A stretch of 61,982 nt of DNA, the filler included, from Hausera hauseri (Eukaryota), in the NCBI GenBank assembly GCA_046269625.1. It is 10 parts of 10 records of this genome, joined end to end, with 100 filler letters (N's around TTAATTAATTAA, not from the genome) between each part and the next. Parts side by side here need not be neighbours in the genome. Positions count along the whole stretch, not along the records: positions 32,416 to 37,402 come from JBJURY010369704.1; positions 37,503 to 41,511 come from JBJURY010822973.1; positions 41,612 to 47,982 come from JBJURY010106765.1; 7 more parts are not named here. One strand, 5' to 3'. Each line of letters opens with the position of its first letter. Position 1 is the first letter of the stretch. Position numbers and translations under genes: made by a program. The notes under the pieces are model-generated. The model made no database searches and was not told the DNA's origin. It saw nothing but the letters and a program-made list of their open reading frames with translations. Positions 34,806 to 45,572 of this stretch are shown piece after piece.

Positions 34806-36242
34806 ATGGCTGAATCAAGTGATAAAATAAATTTGCTCATGGAAATGATGGAAGACATTGAAAGTGCTTTCAATTGGCTACGTGTCTTTCAATTATCAAG
34901 TCGTTTCCGTGAAATTCTACACGACTTTCACAAAGAGCACCAGGACCAAACTGAAAAAATTGAGACTCTTGAACATAAAATCAAGGTTCAAGGGGGAATT
35001 ATCGATTATCAGAAAACTTTGGTTCAAAGAAAGGATGATAAAATTGAGGAGTACCAAGTCCAAATTAAGGAGAAAGAAGTTCTCGCACAAAAAAAAAAAG
35101 ATTTGCTCCTGGACAATATAGCCCTCCTTGTAAAAACTACAGATCAGGCCCGTCGACTTGAGGATGCTGAACGAGAAATCAAGTGTCTGAACAAGGTGAT
35201 ACGGAAAAAAGAAAAATTCAAACAATGGCGTGACGCACGTATTCGTGCCACAAAGAAGCAATTTGAACAGTCCCTTGCTAAAAAAGACAAAATCATTCAA
35301 AGCATGGCTTTAGAACTGAGAAAACTCAGAACACCTAGTGTTTCCCCAGATGAGCTTCAGAGTGGAGATTCCACAGATTCAGATAAGGATCTGAGCAGAG
35401 CCTCCTGTCAGGCAGAAGATGAGTGTTCATCTGAGCTTCCTGACAACAGTGACTCTGTAAAATCCATTTCTGATTCACCTGACTCAGGTTCAAAACCAGT
35501 TCCTGAGCCACCCACTAGCCCTGAGGAGCTAGTGGTCCAGGCTACTACCAGTTCACCTGACACCCGTCCTCATGACAGTGGACAGGATGTCGAGGAGTCT
35601 GAGATAGTTCCTCGACCTTCCTGCGAACTGGAGGAGAGGGGGGTGACTGAAAGTCTGCCTGTGACAGTGGAGGTGCTGTTAGACGAGGAATCAGACATAC
35701 CTCTGAGTACGTCTGTCCCCTCTGAGGGGGGGCCGAGTGCTACAGCAGAAAATCCTAATGTGAAGCTCACTTTTTCATCAGAGAACGGTGGTTTGGTGAG
35801 AGAAGTCTCACCTCAGTCAGATGAGGCACAGGTGAACACACCTGAGCCCTCTCTGCGTCCTGTTGAAGCCATGAGTGGCCTTTTGACCTCTGACATGGCC
35901 CGAGCCATGCAGTCGTCAGGCCCTGCCTTTGTGATGTCTTGGGGTCAGAAAAACATGCTGTTAAAACCTGTCTGTAAGCCGCCGCGTACAGAGCCCAAAA
36001 AGAGCAAGCCAAAGGTCAAAGCAACACTCAGAGTGTTGAAACAAAAGGCCTACTGGAACAAAGTGGGAAGATATGTCAAAAAACATATCAAAGCTTTCCT
36101 GGTTGTTGACCGGTCGACAGAGCCACCTCTGTCAGGTTCCAGAAGTGGAACCTTCCCTCGGAAAGAGCTCTATGGAAACCAAATAAACCCTTTTGAAGTT
36201 CTTTCTAGCTTCCTAAAAGACAAAACTCTTCCAGGTGACTGA
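34806..36242 (+). CDS. 478-aa coiled-coil / acidic disordered protein of a non-autonomous LTR element (Bhikhari/crestin-like by architecture)
   Basis: Intact ATG ORF in good context (CAACATGG); K/E-rich heptads about aa 40-175; S/P/E-rich middle; no gag/pol motifs; downstream of LTR and PBS. Confidence 0.7.
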   Translation: MAESSDKINLLMEMMEDIESAFNWLRVFQLSSRFREILHDFHKEHQDQTEKIETLEHKIKVQGGIIDYQKTLVQRKDDKIEEYQVQIKEKEVLAQKKKDLLLDNIALLVKTTDQARRLEDAEREIKCLNKVIRKKEKFKQWRDARIRATKKQFEQSLAKKDKIIQSMALELRKLRTPSVSPDELQSGDSTDSDKDLSRASCQAEDECSSELPDNSDSVKSISDSPDSGSKPVPEPPTSPEELVVQATTSSPDTRPHDSGQDVEESEIVPRPSCELEERGVTESLPVTVEVLLDEESDIPLSTSVPSEGGPSATAENPNVKLTFSSENGGLVREVSPQSDEAQVNTPEPSLRPVEAMSGLLTSDMARAMQSSGPAFVMSWGQKNMLLKPVCKPPRTEPKKSKPKVKATLRVLKQKAYWNKVGRYVKKHIKAFLVVDRSTEPPLSGSRSGTFPRKELYGNQINPFEVLSSFLKDKTLPGD

Positions 36243-37402
36243 AAAAAAAAAACAGGCTGTTAAAACAAATGAGCCGCTGAGCTCTTATAAGGCCTTTATA
36301 AAAGGACCTTAACTCTAGTGACAGTAAAGTTTTAAAACAATAAAACTTTAACTTAAAAAAGATTTAATCTTTAACCACTAGAGTATATTAAAACAGCTAA
36401 AACACAAAAATCTTTGATTTTGTTGTTTAAATGTTTTTAAAACATATACTGTTTTAAATAAACTTCTAAAATTAACAGTCACAATGAAAAGAACGTCATC
36501 AAAATAAAATAAAACTTTAAGATCAATCTTAATGTTAATTTAAAGTTTAAACTTTAAAAATTAAATCACAAATTTAACAAATTTCTTTAGAAGAAAAAAA
36601 AAATCTTCTAAATTGAAACAAACTTTAGAGTAAAACTCAAAGTCTAATAGAAAGAGACAAAAATATAGATGCTGAATTAATAAATTAAAAACAAATTAAA
36701 CAAATTAACTTTAAACTATCTGATTTAAAGTTATAAAATAATGAGTTTTCACTCCTTATAAATAATCAGCATCAAGTGTAAATACCTACAAACATATTCA
36801 TGTTTTATTACACTTCACTCTTCCTCTTTCTATCTGTGTGTTTGTTTCTAACACAAAGTGTTTAACCTATAGAGGTTTATTATACATAGATGATACTAAC
36901 CATCTTTTTTTAATAAGCCCTTATTTTATAAAAGCCTTATTTAACCTTTTAGGTTATCTTTTATTTTAGTGATAACTCATCACTCATTTTTTTTACTGCC
37001 CCTTTACTGCCATTCAGCAGTTTAAAGCTTTAAGGCTTGTTGTTTTTTTAACTGCCCCTTTAAACAGTTAAGTCCCCTTTTCTGTTTATAATAGCAGTCA
37101 CACAGTTACCTACATACAGAGGTCTACATAGTGTGTTTTACTTTTAGCTATTAGCTTAAGTGTCATTAGGACAACCACATTGCAACACTTAGAGTGAGCC
37201 TGTGAGTCATTGAGCTTCACCAGGAGCGTCACAACAACCCTCTCCTGATGCTGCACCCTCCTGAGACGACTCCTGAGACGACTCCGCCTCTTCGTCATCT
37301 CTGATGGGCTGCCTGTTCCTCTCCATGGGTCCACCCTGCATCCTCGCTCCTGCTGGTCTGCTCTTCTCCTCCTCCTCCGAGAGAAGGCCTCAGTCTCACT
37401 CT

Positions 37403-37502
37403 NNNNNNNNNNNNNNNNNNNNNNNNNNNNNNNNNNNNNNNNNNNNTTAATTAATTAANNNNNNNNNNNNNNNNNNNNNNNNNNNNNNNNNNNNNNNNNN
37501 NN
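37403..37502. other. Artificial contig spacer
   Basis: N44-TTAATTAATTAA-N44. Confidence 0.98.
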
Positions 37503-37779
37503 CAGATTTCCTTGGCAGCGTCTCTAGTAGACAAACCTTTCTTCCAGTAATGTCATAACAATACTCTAATCGCAATTTTGTCATCTGACATTTTTATATG
37601 GCACGGTACCAAATCTTTTAATGCCAACCAATCAGAAACTACTATCACTACTGCACTGGAAAATTCACCAGGTCAATTTCACGTTACACTGTAATTAGTA
37701 ATTGGAAAGTTTTTGTAAGTAAAACGTTTTTGGAAGTGTCGAAATTTTGCCGCCCTGAAACTTTTTGGACGACCTAGTA
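37503..37779 (-). mobile_element. Mariner 5' fragment
   Basis: TIR-like TACTAGGTCGTCCAAAAAGTTTC; MSDDKIAIRVLL*HYWKKGLSTRDAAKEI, similar to N-terminus of the full copy. Confidence 0.75.
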
Positions 37780-39066
37780 TTGAAATAAATATTTTTGTTA
37801 TATTAATGTTTTTCTAAATGTATTACAAAGATGTCCGGTTATTATTATCACGGATTATTGTTATTAGCTGAATAGTGTGACCAAAAACAGAAAGTCGTAG
37901 CCAAATGAAATGATGATTACTTTTCAGCGGTTAATATAATTAAAGCACCTGAACATTCACAACATTCAAAATGTGTAGGTTATTGTATTCGGTCCGAGTT
38001 GGAAAATTATCTACAGTCTTCTCGTTAAATTGAACATTTTTATTAAACGCATAAACAATATGCCATAAATAGACATAAAAGTCATTAATTAAATAAGTTT
38101 TGTGGTCCATTTCCTTAGGCCCAATCAATGGATATTTCTTCAATCCTACTTTGCATACAATTAATTAATATTTTTGCAAATTCGTTCATAAACTTTATTA
38201 CAATTCACTGTACACTATATAACAAAAGTGAACTAAGAAATTATCAAAAGCACTGAGGAGTTATTATTGTAGAAGTAAGTTCCAAAGAAAAGTGAAGTAA
38301 TAAATTTATGTACAGTGAAAATATCCACTTCATGTTTATTTACAGATTTTTTTAAATGTCTTTTATTATTTAATAAATGTTTTTCCTAGTTTCTTCAGAT
38401 TTTGAATTTTCATATATTTTTAAAATTCGTTTTAGTAATACAACTTATAAAGAAATAGAGATAATTGTACTCTGAGTATAAACTTCGTAACAATGGTGTG
38501 ATTGCAGTGCGTAACAAAACTAAAAACGTTAAACAAAAGAACAGAGTAATGGTGGTTTCAAAAGTTCCTTTCTGAAATTAACTCACTTAAACATGAAGTT
38601 CGAGTTAAATCTTCAATGGTTTTAACTAACAAGGAACAGCACCTTACTGCTAGTCGGAGATTTACAGATTCCACAAGTACAACATTTTATGTTGATTAAT
38701 ATGAAGACAAATTTTGCAAACAAAACAAATATACGTTTCTATGTATTAAGTCATTTGCACTTCTTCAATTTCCCTCTAAAAAGATTTGATCTTTTCGATC
38801 ATTAATATTTGATTAATTGTTTTCTTGATGTTCGATCTAATATTTGACTCATAACACAATTGTTCATGTGTAAAACTAATATTCATATACAAGAGATATT
38901 TCTGGCGTGAATGATAATTAGACGAACACATTGTACTCTGCAAAATTTCCTAACATTTAGAAACACATTTCATGCTCTTAGCTTTGTTGGCAAAAATATG
39001 TTTTATATTTTTAATCAGCATAAAATTATGTACTTATAGAACTTGTCAAACCGCGACTAACAGTAA

Positions 39067-40357
39067 TACAGAGAGAGTCAAAAGTAACGAAGCAGTAAAG
39101 AGTAAAACATTTATGAACAAACTAGAAAAGATATAAGATATTTAAATCTTCGAAATACAATCTATTATGTTCTATGGTCTTTTGCCATCGATCATCCAAA
39201 TTTTCGATTCCTAACCGATACCATGCAGCCGGCTTTGAGGCGAATTACTCACGGACACTCTTCTCCACTTCGTTAAGGTTCCGAAAGGTTCTGCGGCGAA
39301 GAAAGTGAGCCATCGACCTGAAAAGATGGTAGTCCGAAGGAGCAAGGTCTGGGCTATAAGCCGGATGTGGCAAAAGTTCGATTCCATCCAGCTCCCGAAT
39401 TTTTTCTTGCGTAGATCGGGCGGTGTGCGGCGGAGCGTTATCTTGCTGCAGCAGAACCCGCTTTCTGTTGACAATGGCCGGGTACTTTCGGACTAAGGCC
39501 TCATACATCCGTTCAAGTTGTTGTTGATAGAGCTCAGCTGTGATGCCATGGCCATCTGGAACTAGCTCAAAATGTACTGGACCCTCAAAATTCCACCAAA
39601 CACATAACATGACCTTGTGTTCGAACCGTCCCCGTCTCGCCACAGGTTCTGGAAGCTGTCCCGGGTCCAACCACTGATTCCTTATATCAGGATTACGGAA
39701 GAAGATCCACTTTTCATCATACGTAACTACACATTTGATGAAACGCTCGTCCATTGAGTTTTTGAGTAGCTCCCGACAGATGTCTGCGCGCCGTTTTGCT
39801 TGTGCTGGTGTCAATTCATTATGGACAACTCGACAGCTCCTGTTTACTTTGCCGAGCTTGTGGAGGTGGCGAACGATACTGGTTTGTGAAACTCCAGTCT
39901 CTGCCGAGATTATGCGCGTGCTTGTGGCCGGAGTCGTCTCAACAGCCTGGAGCACAGCTTCAGAATCAACCGTTGAAGGTCGTCCGGAGCGGAGTTGATC
40001 GATGAGCTCGGTGTTGCCATTTTTGAATTTTGTGAACCACCTATGCGTTGCAGAAGCGGAGATGACACCTGTGCCCTCAAATTCGCATGTTTTTTCCGTG
40101 GTTTTACGCTCACTGCTTCCCTGTTTTTAATAATGCCGTAAAAGTGCTCGAATAGCTATTTTTTCGATGTCCGTTATAAAATCTATAAAAATTGTTAAAC
40201 AAAATCATATGACAATACGCATATTATATATAAAAGAGGATAAAATGAGATTTCGAATGATATGCTGGTTTTGTTAATTGTAAAGTTTATTGGCACATAA
40301 TCGACCGATGACGCAGTCGATAGGTAACTGCTTCGCTACTTATGACTCACCCTAGTA
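39067..40357 (-). mobile_element. Full-length mariner (DD34D) transposon, 1291 bp
   Basis: Imperfect ~30-bp TIRs TAC-AGAGAGAGTCAAAAGTAACGAAGCAGT / TACTAGGGTGAGTCATAAGTAGCGAAGCAGT with TA ends. Confidence 0.92.
39160..40174 (-). pseudogene. Mariner transposase, start codon mutated (ACG), internal stops
   Basis: RSGRP, VTYDEKW, QQDNAPPH, HPAYSPDLAPSDYHLF. Confidence 0.93.
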
Positions 40358-41511
40358 GTTTCGGCGTTTCATATTCCACTATCTGATCAGCAAAATTTTT
40401 AACAATTGTTATAATTTTATTTTGTTTACTTTGTCTATTCAGATCGAGTAGGGTTTTCTTTACTATAGGTTGTACGACTTTTTGATCATCCGTATCAATA
40501 GTTGGTTTTGTTAATGTTTCTTTTAGATGCTGAAGATATGCTTGCTTATATCTAATGCTCATAATTGATTCATTTTCATTATTGTTTCTCCATTTATTAT
40601 CCGTCATTTAGCTTCTTCTTCTTGGATTAATTCGTTCATCGGTCTTGCTGCAACATGGCATGCTATGCTCGGGATCATTCCTACATTTATTAGGAGTTCT
40701 TCGGGATCCAAAATTCTGTCAAAATATACTATCCTGAGGTGTTTCATGGGTTTATTCGTATGTGATCTGATTGCTTGTTCTAAATCCACAATTCGGCTAT
40801 TTAAATCTATTTCTAATATAGGGAAGAGATCACACTCCACACTTGGATGTACCGCTATTTTCTGATTTGAGAACCTTTCATCATTTAGATAGTAATGTCC
40901 CAATACTTTCAACAAAGTTCGAGATGTGCTATTATATCTCCATTTATCAGTTGCTTTTTTCGTTAATTCTTCTGCAGCCTCTTTAATTTCAGGAATATTA
41001 TTTTCTTTATTAAGATACGTCATTATTAAGTCGTCTAATGCTTCTGGAAATTCCTGTAAAGCTGTCATTTTTTCGAGAAGAGTTGAATTTTCTTTTATAT
41101 TTACGTTGTCACGTGTTTCTTCATCATTAAATTTATCAATGTTGAAGGCATCCAAGTCATATTGAAGTCTGTGATATTTATATCATCTCCGAAGCTATCA
41201 TGCATCTCGTAATATGTTATATCATCGATAGTACCTTGTAAAATCCTTACTGGTGAACGAGTCATTTCTTTCCTCATAGACCCTTTGCGCGGTCTATTTA
41301 GTCTTGTTTTTACTATGGTAGGTTTCTTTACAACAGCTGGTGTTATGTCTTCTTTGCGTATCTGTACATTTTCAACCAATTCTGGATATTTCATCTTTTT
41401 GTGATAATTAAGCGGTTTTTTCAATTTCTCTAACCGTCTTCTCAAATCTCTGTCTGTTTCAGTAATTTCTTTGACATACTGAGCGTTTTCCTCTAAATTT
41501 TTCATTTTATT
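40358..41511 (-). pseudogene. Retroelement post-gag region with ubiquitin-like domain (copy F), cut by mariner and gap
   Basis: ILEIDLNSRIVDLEQAIRSHTNKPMKHLRIVYFDRILDPEELLINVGM..CHVAAR fits the UBL pattern; NKIITIVKNFAD matches NKIAKISKQFAD in contig J. Confidence 0.62.
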
Positions 41512-41611
41512 NNNNNNNNNNNNNNNNNNNNNNNNNNNNNNNNNNNNNNNNNNNNTTAATTAATTAANNNNNNNNNNNNNNNNNNNNNNNNNNNNNNNNN
41601 NNNNNNNNNNN
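41512..41611. other. Artificial contig spacer
   Basis: N44-TTAATTAATTAA-N44. Confidence 0.98.
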
Positions 41612-42114
41612 ATTTTTTTTTTTTTTTAATGGTGGTAAATTGAAAAAAGGAACATACTTAAAAACATCCGTTACACGTAATTCATCATCATCATCGTGTC
41701 GCCCTCATTGCAGCCTGTCTGAAAGATTATCTGTCTCTTGTCAGCTGGCCCGCCTCTCTCAAGTTCATATTCCGTTTTCTTGATGACTAGTGACCAGCGT
41801 CGTCTTGGTGTTCCCTTACCTCTTGCGCACGGAACAATACTTTCCAGTATTATTTTTATACGTAATTGTGAGTACAAAATCATATGTTTGATACAATGAT
41901 TATAAACTATATTTATGTTCATAAACTTTGGTGTGTAAAAGGAGGACTGCGATTAGACAAAAAAAAAAAAAACGAAATAAATACATTTGTGAAAATGAAA
42001 ATCGGGTAATGAAGAAGACTTCGTATCCCAATCTATATATTTTTAAAAATGTATTAATTCCGTTCACAGGCTTTGTGTTTTGTCTCATTCACATACGGAC
42101 GACCACATACTGAC

Positions 42115-42245
42115 CTAAACACTGAGCAAGTTTCCTGGTATTCGTCACTAAGTCTTTCTTTCTTCACTAACATATCAAACACGCAGGCTCCACCGAGCAT
42201 GAACACAACCATGAACACTTGCGGTATTCCAGACAGTAATCCGTT
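42115..42245 (-). pseudogene. Host exon of an SLC17 (sialin/VGLUT-like) MFS transporter with a 2-nt frameshift
   Basis: tttcag acceptor, gtcagt donor; NGLLSGIPQV..VFDMLVKKERLS/TNTRKLAQCLG. Confidence 0.6.
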
Positions 42246-42399
42246 CTGAAAGAAGTAATGTACATGACAGCCCAGCACCGAAAAACTGGATTAAACACAA
42301 CTTTTTCATCCATACCATGATTCAATCGAATACCCGAAAAAGACTGCAGTCAATTTGATTTAGACTTCAGAACCGCGTCTTTCGTCTAAATTATGTGAT

Positions 42400-42820
42400 G
42401 TTTGTTTGTTTGTCGTAGGGACAGGTCCACCTCGCGAGTTGCGGTTTCCTTCCCGAAGCACGGGTACTAGGCAAGTCACGAGGCTTATCTTAATGGGGTC
42501 CAATTCCATGGGTTGCACAGCCGTTTTGAGTGCACCCTTCGACCGAGGTTCCACATTTTCTGCTTCGCCTTTAGTGTCTAAGGTCCCGTGCAGCCGTCTT
42601 CGGCACAGTCTAGGCTTTTCTGTCTGAGCCATCGCCTGAACCTTGGCTTTCAGGGATGGGATCAGCCAGTGAAACGGCCGGGGACACCTCCCCCTGCCCG
42701 AGTGCAGGAAGAGGCGGCAGAGCCCTGTCTGTTCCTAACAAAGAGCACCATGAGTCCCGGATGACTCCGTGAAGGTAGGGTTGCCTTGACTAACTCACCT
42801 AGAAGCAGCCAGCCCTTGCT
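42400..42820 (-). mobile_element. SINE-like interspersed repeat with (CAAA)n tail
   Basis: First ~125 bp recur with few substitutions at 47855-47982. Confidence 0.7.
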
Positions 42821-43320
42821 CCTCAGACATATACTTTAATTTATTTTATTATATTCAGACAGCATAGATCAAACCAGACAAGTTACCTACAAAGCTGAAG
42901 GAATTGAAAATATATTCCAAGAGAAAAATATACAAGAGAAAAAGAATGTTCCTTACCATATAATAAATCAGGACAAGTCATTTAAAGACAGAGCTACGTT
43001 AATCAGCGCAGTCACTGTCTCGCAAGGGGAGCAAGATGAAGGTGAATGGGCCGAATATAATATACATAATACATATACACACTTCTTCTTACCATCACCT
43101 GTTATACCATGTTTCTCTTTTATGTTCATGATGTAGTTGTGCTGGTTAGTGTCTGTTGTGTCTTCAGTTCTTTGTTGATAATTCCTTATGGTCGTAACGT
43201 AGAGTATGTGTCTCTCCATCGTTGTTCTCTGGTAAGACGTCATAACCCTTTTATCGTTTTTTTAACACAAATTGACTTCATAGATTGCTGTCTTACCGCA
43301 GTCCCTCTCTTAAAAAAAAT

Positions 43321-43322
<2 letters not shown>

Positions 43323-43356
<34 letters not shown>

Positions 43357-43392
43357 ACACACACACACACAATATATATATATATATATATA
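43323..43392. repeat. Compound (CA)n(TA)n microsatellite
   Basis: Direct reading. Confidence 0.95.
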
Positions 43393-43623
43393 CCTGGATG
43401 TGGCAGTAATGGAACAGTTAATTTTCATGTGTTTTCAGTGGGTGCAAAAGGAAGCCGTCTGGAATTAGAATTTGACCGGTGCCCACTTACTATCTCTGCA
43501 TTCACAATAAACTGACTTATTGATACATTCCACCTCTGTCTCTCCTAAGCTAGAGCCATTGACGCATTGCATTGTCATTCACCAGTTCAAAATTAGAAAA
43601 GACTGACAGTAGAGAGAGTAGAG

Positions 43624-43706
43624 AGTAGATAAGGGAGAAGAACACACTAGACAACAGAAAAAAAAACAGAGGGGAAATTGGTAACTCCTGGAATCGAACA
43701 CGCATC
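43624..43706 (-). repeat. Inverted copy of the tRNA-like repeat at 44377-44460
   Basis: Reverse complement of GATGCGTGTTCGATTCCAGGAG..TGTTGTCTAGTGTGTT..TATCTACT. Confidence 0.8.
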
Positions 43707-44234
43707 TCTCAGAAGAGAGACTGGTTCCCTTCGAAACAGTTATAAGCCTTACACGTTACGGCGTTCTGTCATATGAAAGTTTAGTGCTCGTTTGACCTGT
43801 TTGAATACATAAATTGTGTTATTTGAAATCATCATTTACTTCTCATTAGTGTAATGAATCTTTTGATGTATAAAGGTTCTTGGTTTTTAATATAGTTAGA
43901 TGATTATTTAAAAAGAATATTTGTAAGGGGACCCAGTTGAGAAAAGTGTTCCCTCAAAACAGTTTACCACGATTGGTTGAAATGGGTCAGCTGAAAGGAA
44001 GTGGCTATAGTGTGTCGCAGTGCTGTATTCTTGACCGACTGTTCACTGTATCTTTCCGAGCCTTCGGATTTGAAGAAGTAAAAGGGAAATAATATCGAAA
44101 GGTTGGATCACTCCAGACATTACAGTTAAAACAACAATGAAAAACAGTTAGGTGTTATTTCAAATCAGATTTTCAGCCAGATATTTTCACGTACTCTTTG
44201 AAATTCTAGGAGGATCTCATTAACGTAAAAAATT

Positions 44235-44512
44235 AAATAAGCAAACAAATATTTGTATGAACAGGGAACTTGATAGACACCGAAAGAAGTAGAGAAGGAG
44301 AAGAGAAAGAAGGGTGGATAATAGTGGCTAGACTGCTTGGCTTAACGTCGTTGCAAGGCAATGGCGCCGTTTCAGTGATGCGTGTTCGATTCCAGGAGTG
44401 ACCAATTTCCTTTCTGTTTTTTTTTTCTGTTGTCTAGTGTGTTTTTCTCCTTTATCTACTTCTTTCGGTCTATTGAGTGTCCTGTTCAGACACATTTACT
44501 TGTTTATTTCAT
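44235..44512 (+). mobile_element. tRNA-like SINE head enclosed by ~65-bp imperfect inverted repeats
   Basis: A box-like TAGTGGCTAGA, B box GTTCGATTCC; arms TGAACAGG..ATAGAC..CCGAAAGAAGTAGA versus TCTACTTCTTTCGG..GTCTAT..CCTGTTCA. Confidence 0.6.
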
Positions 44513-44957
44513 TATTTTGTCTTGGGCCTTGAGTTTCCCTCTCCATTCGTGTGTTTAACGTATAAATAAAAATCATGTTTTCATAGCCTTTTAAGAATTT
44601 TTGTTTGTTTGTTTTATTGTTTGTTGCATTTTGTGTTCATTTTTATCTTAGTATGTTTATTTCATTTTTAATGTCAAATATGGTTCGTTGTCACATGTGA
44701 AATTTCCTTTGTTAATATAATTCTACACATCACATCAAAAGGATCTTTTTTTAGCCTCATAAAGTATTATGGAAGCTAGTCCCCTACAAGGAGAGTCACC
44801 GCAGGCCACTGGTAGATCAATGTATAATAATTGCATACAATACAATAAATAGATAACTATACTGACGCTGACAACACAATTTACTGTTAAGTTGGAGATG
44901 TTTCAGTGTAATGTTTAATATTATATTGCTGTGTTTTTTTTTCAATATTATCTTTAG

Positions 44958-45154
44958 GGACTGGTGGCCAGGAAATAATTTTTGAGGATCCGAAGAACAT
45001 AACAGATTGCAAACAAGGTTTGAGAAGTGGTATTGATAAGTTTATCATTACTGGCACAGCTGGGAAAAATTTCAATGAGGTAACTGATGTTGGAAAATGG
45101 GAAACAGACATTGCAATTGAAGTTCTTAATCAGCTTTCATCACAATATGAACGT
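44958..45154 (+). CDS. Probable host coding exon of unknown gene (terminal exon possibly 45946-45972, EKMIQKMK*)
   Basis: tctttag acceptor, gtaagt donor, open frame TGGQEIIFEDPK..LSSQYER; AATAAA downstream near 46075 and 46172. Confidence 0.5.
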
Positions 45155-45289
45155 GTAAGTTATTAATTTTTTTTATTTCATGACGCAATACACATGTTAA
45201 TGTTACTTGTTAACTATAAAAATATGGAGATTAATCAATAACTAGGCTATTATGCTGGTCAGTCACTTTTGTAACTTATGGTTTTAAAA

Positions 45290-45572
45290 AGTAAAGTAAA
45301 GTCCATTGTACACGCCTAAGAAGGCGTATAGGCAAAAGCGGAGTTAGTGTCCACATATTTTCCTAGACATCGCACATAATTTGGTTATGTTGTCAGCATA
45401 ACGCCAGACCGCCTTTACTTTCCCAGAGAATTTCTCCGGTACCCATTTTTGAGGCTGGGTGGGCCCCTGGAGCCGTTTTGATTTAATAAAAATTCAATGC
45501 CCACAGATGGTATGGAACCTGTAACCACACGATCGGCAGACGAGCGCACTAACCGCAACGCCACCGCGGCTC
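45290..45572 (-). mobile_element. tRNA-derived SINE with (CTTTA)n tail
   Basis: A box TGGCGTTGCGGTT, B box GGTTCCATACC, body GGGGCCCACCCAGCCT..ATGGGTACC. Confidence 0.75.

Noticed and set aside
43109-43515. His/Thr- or Cys/Val-repeat proteins
   Set aside because: Translations of a (CA)n(TA)n microsatellite.
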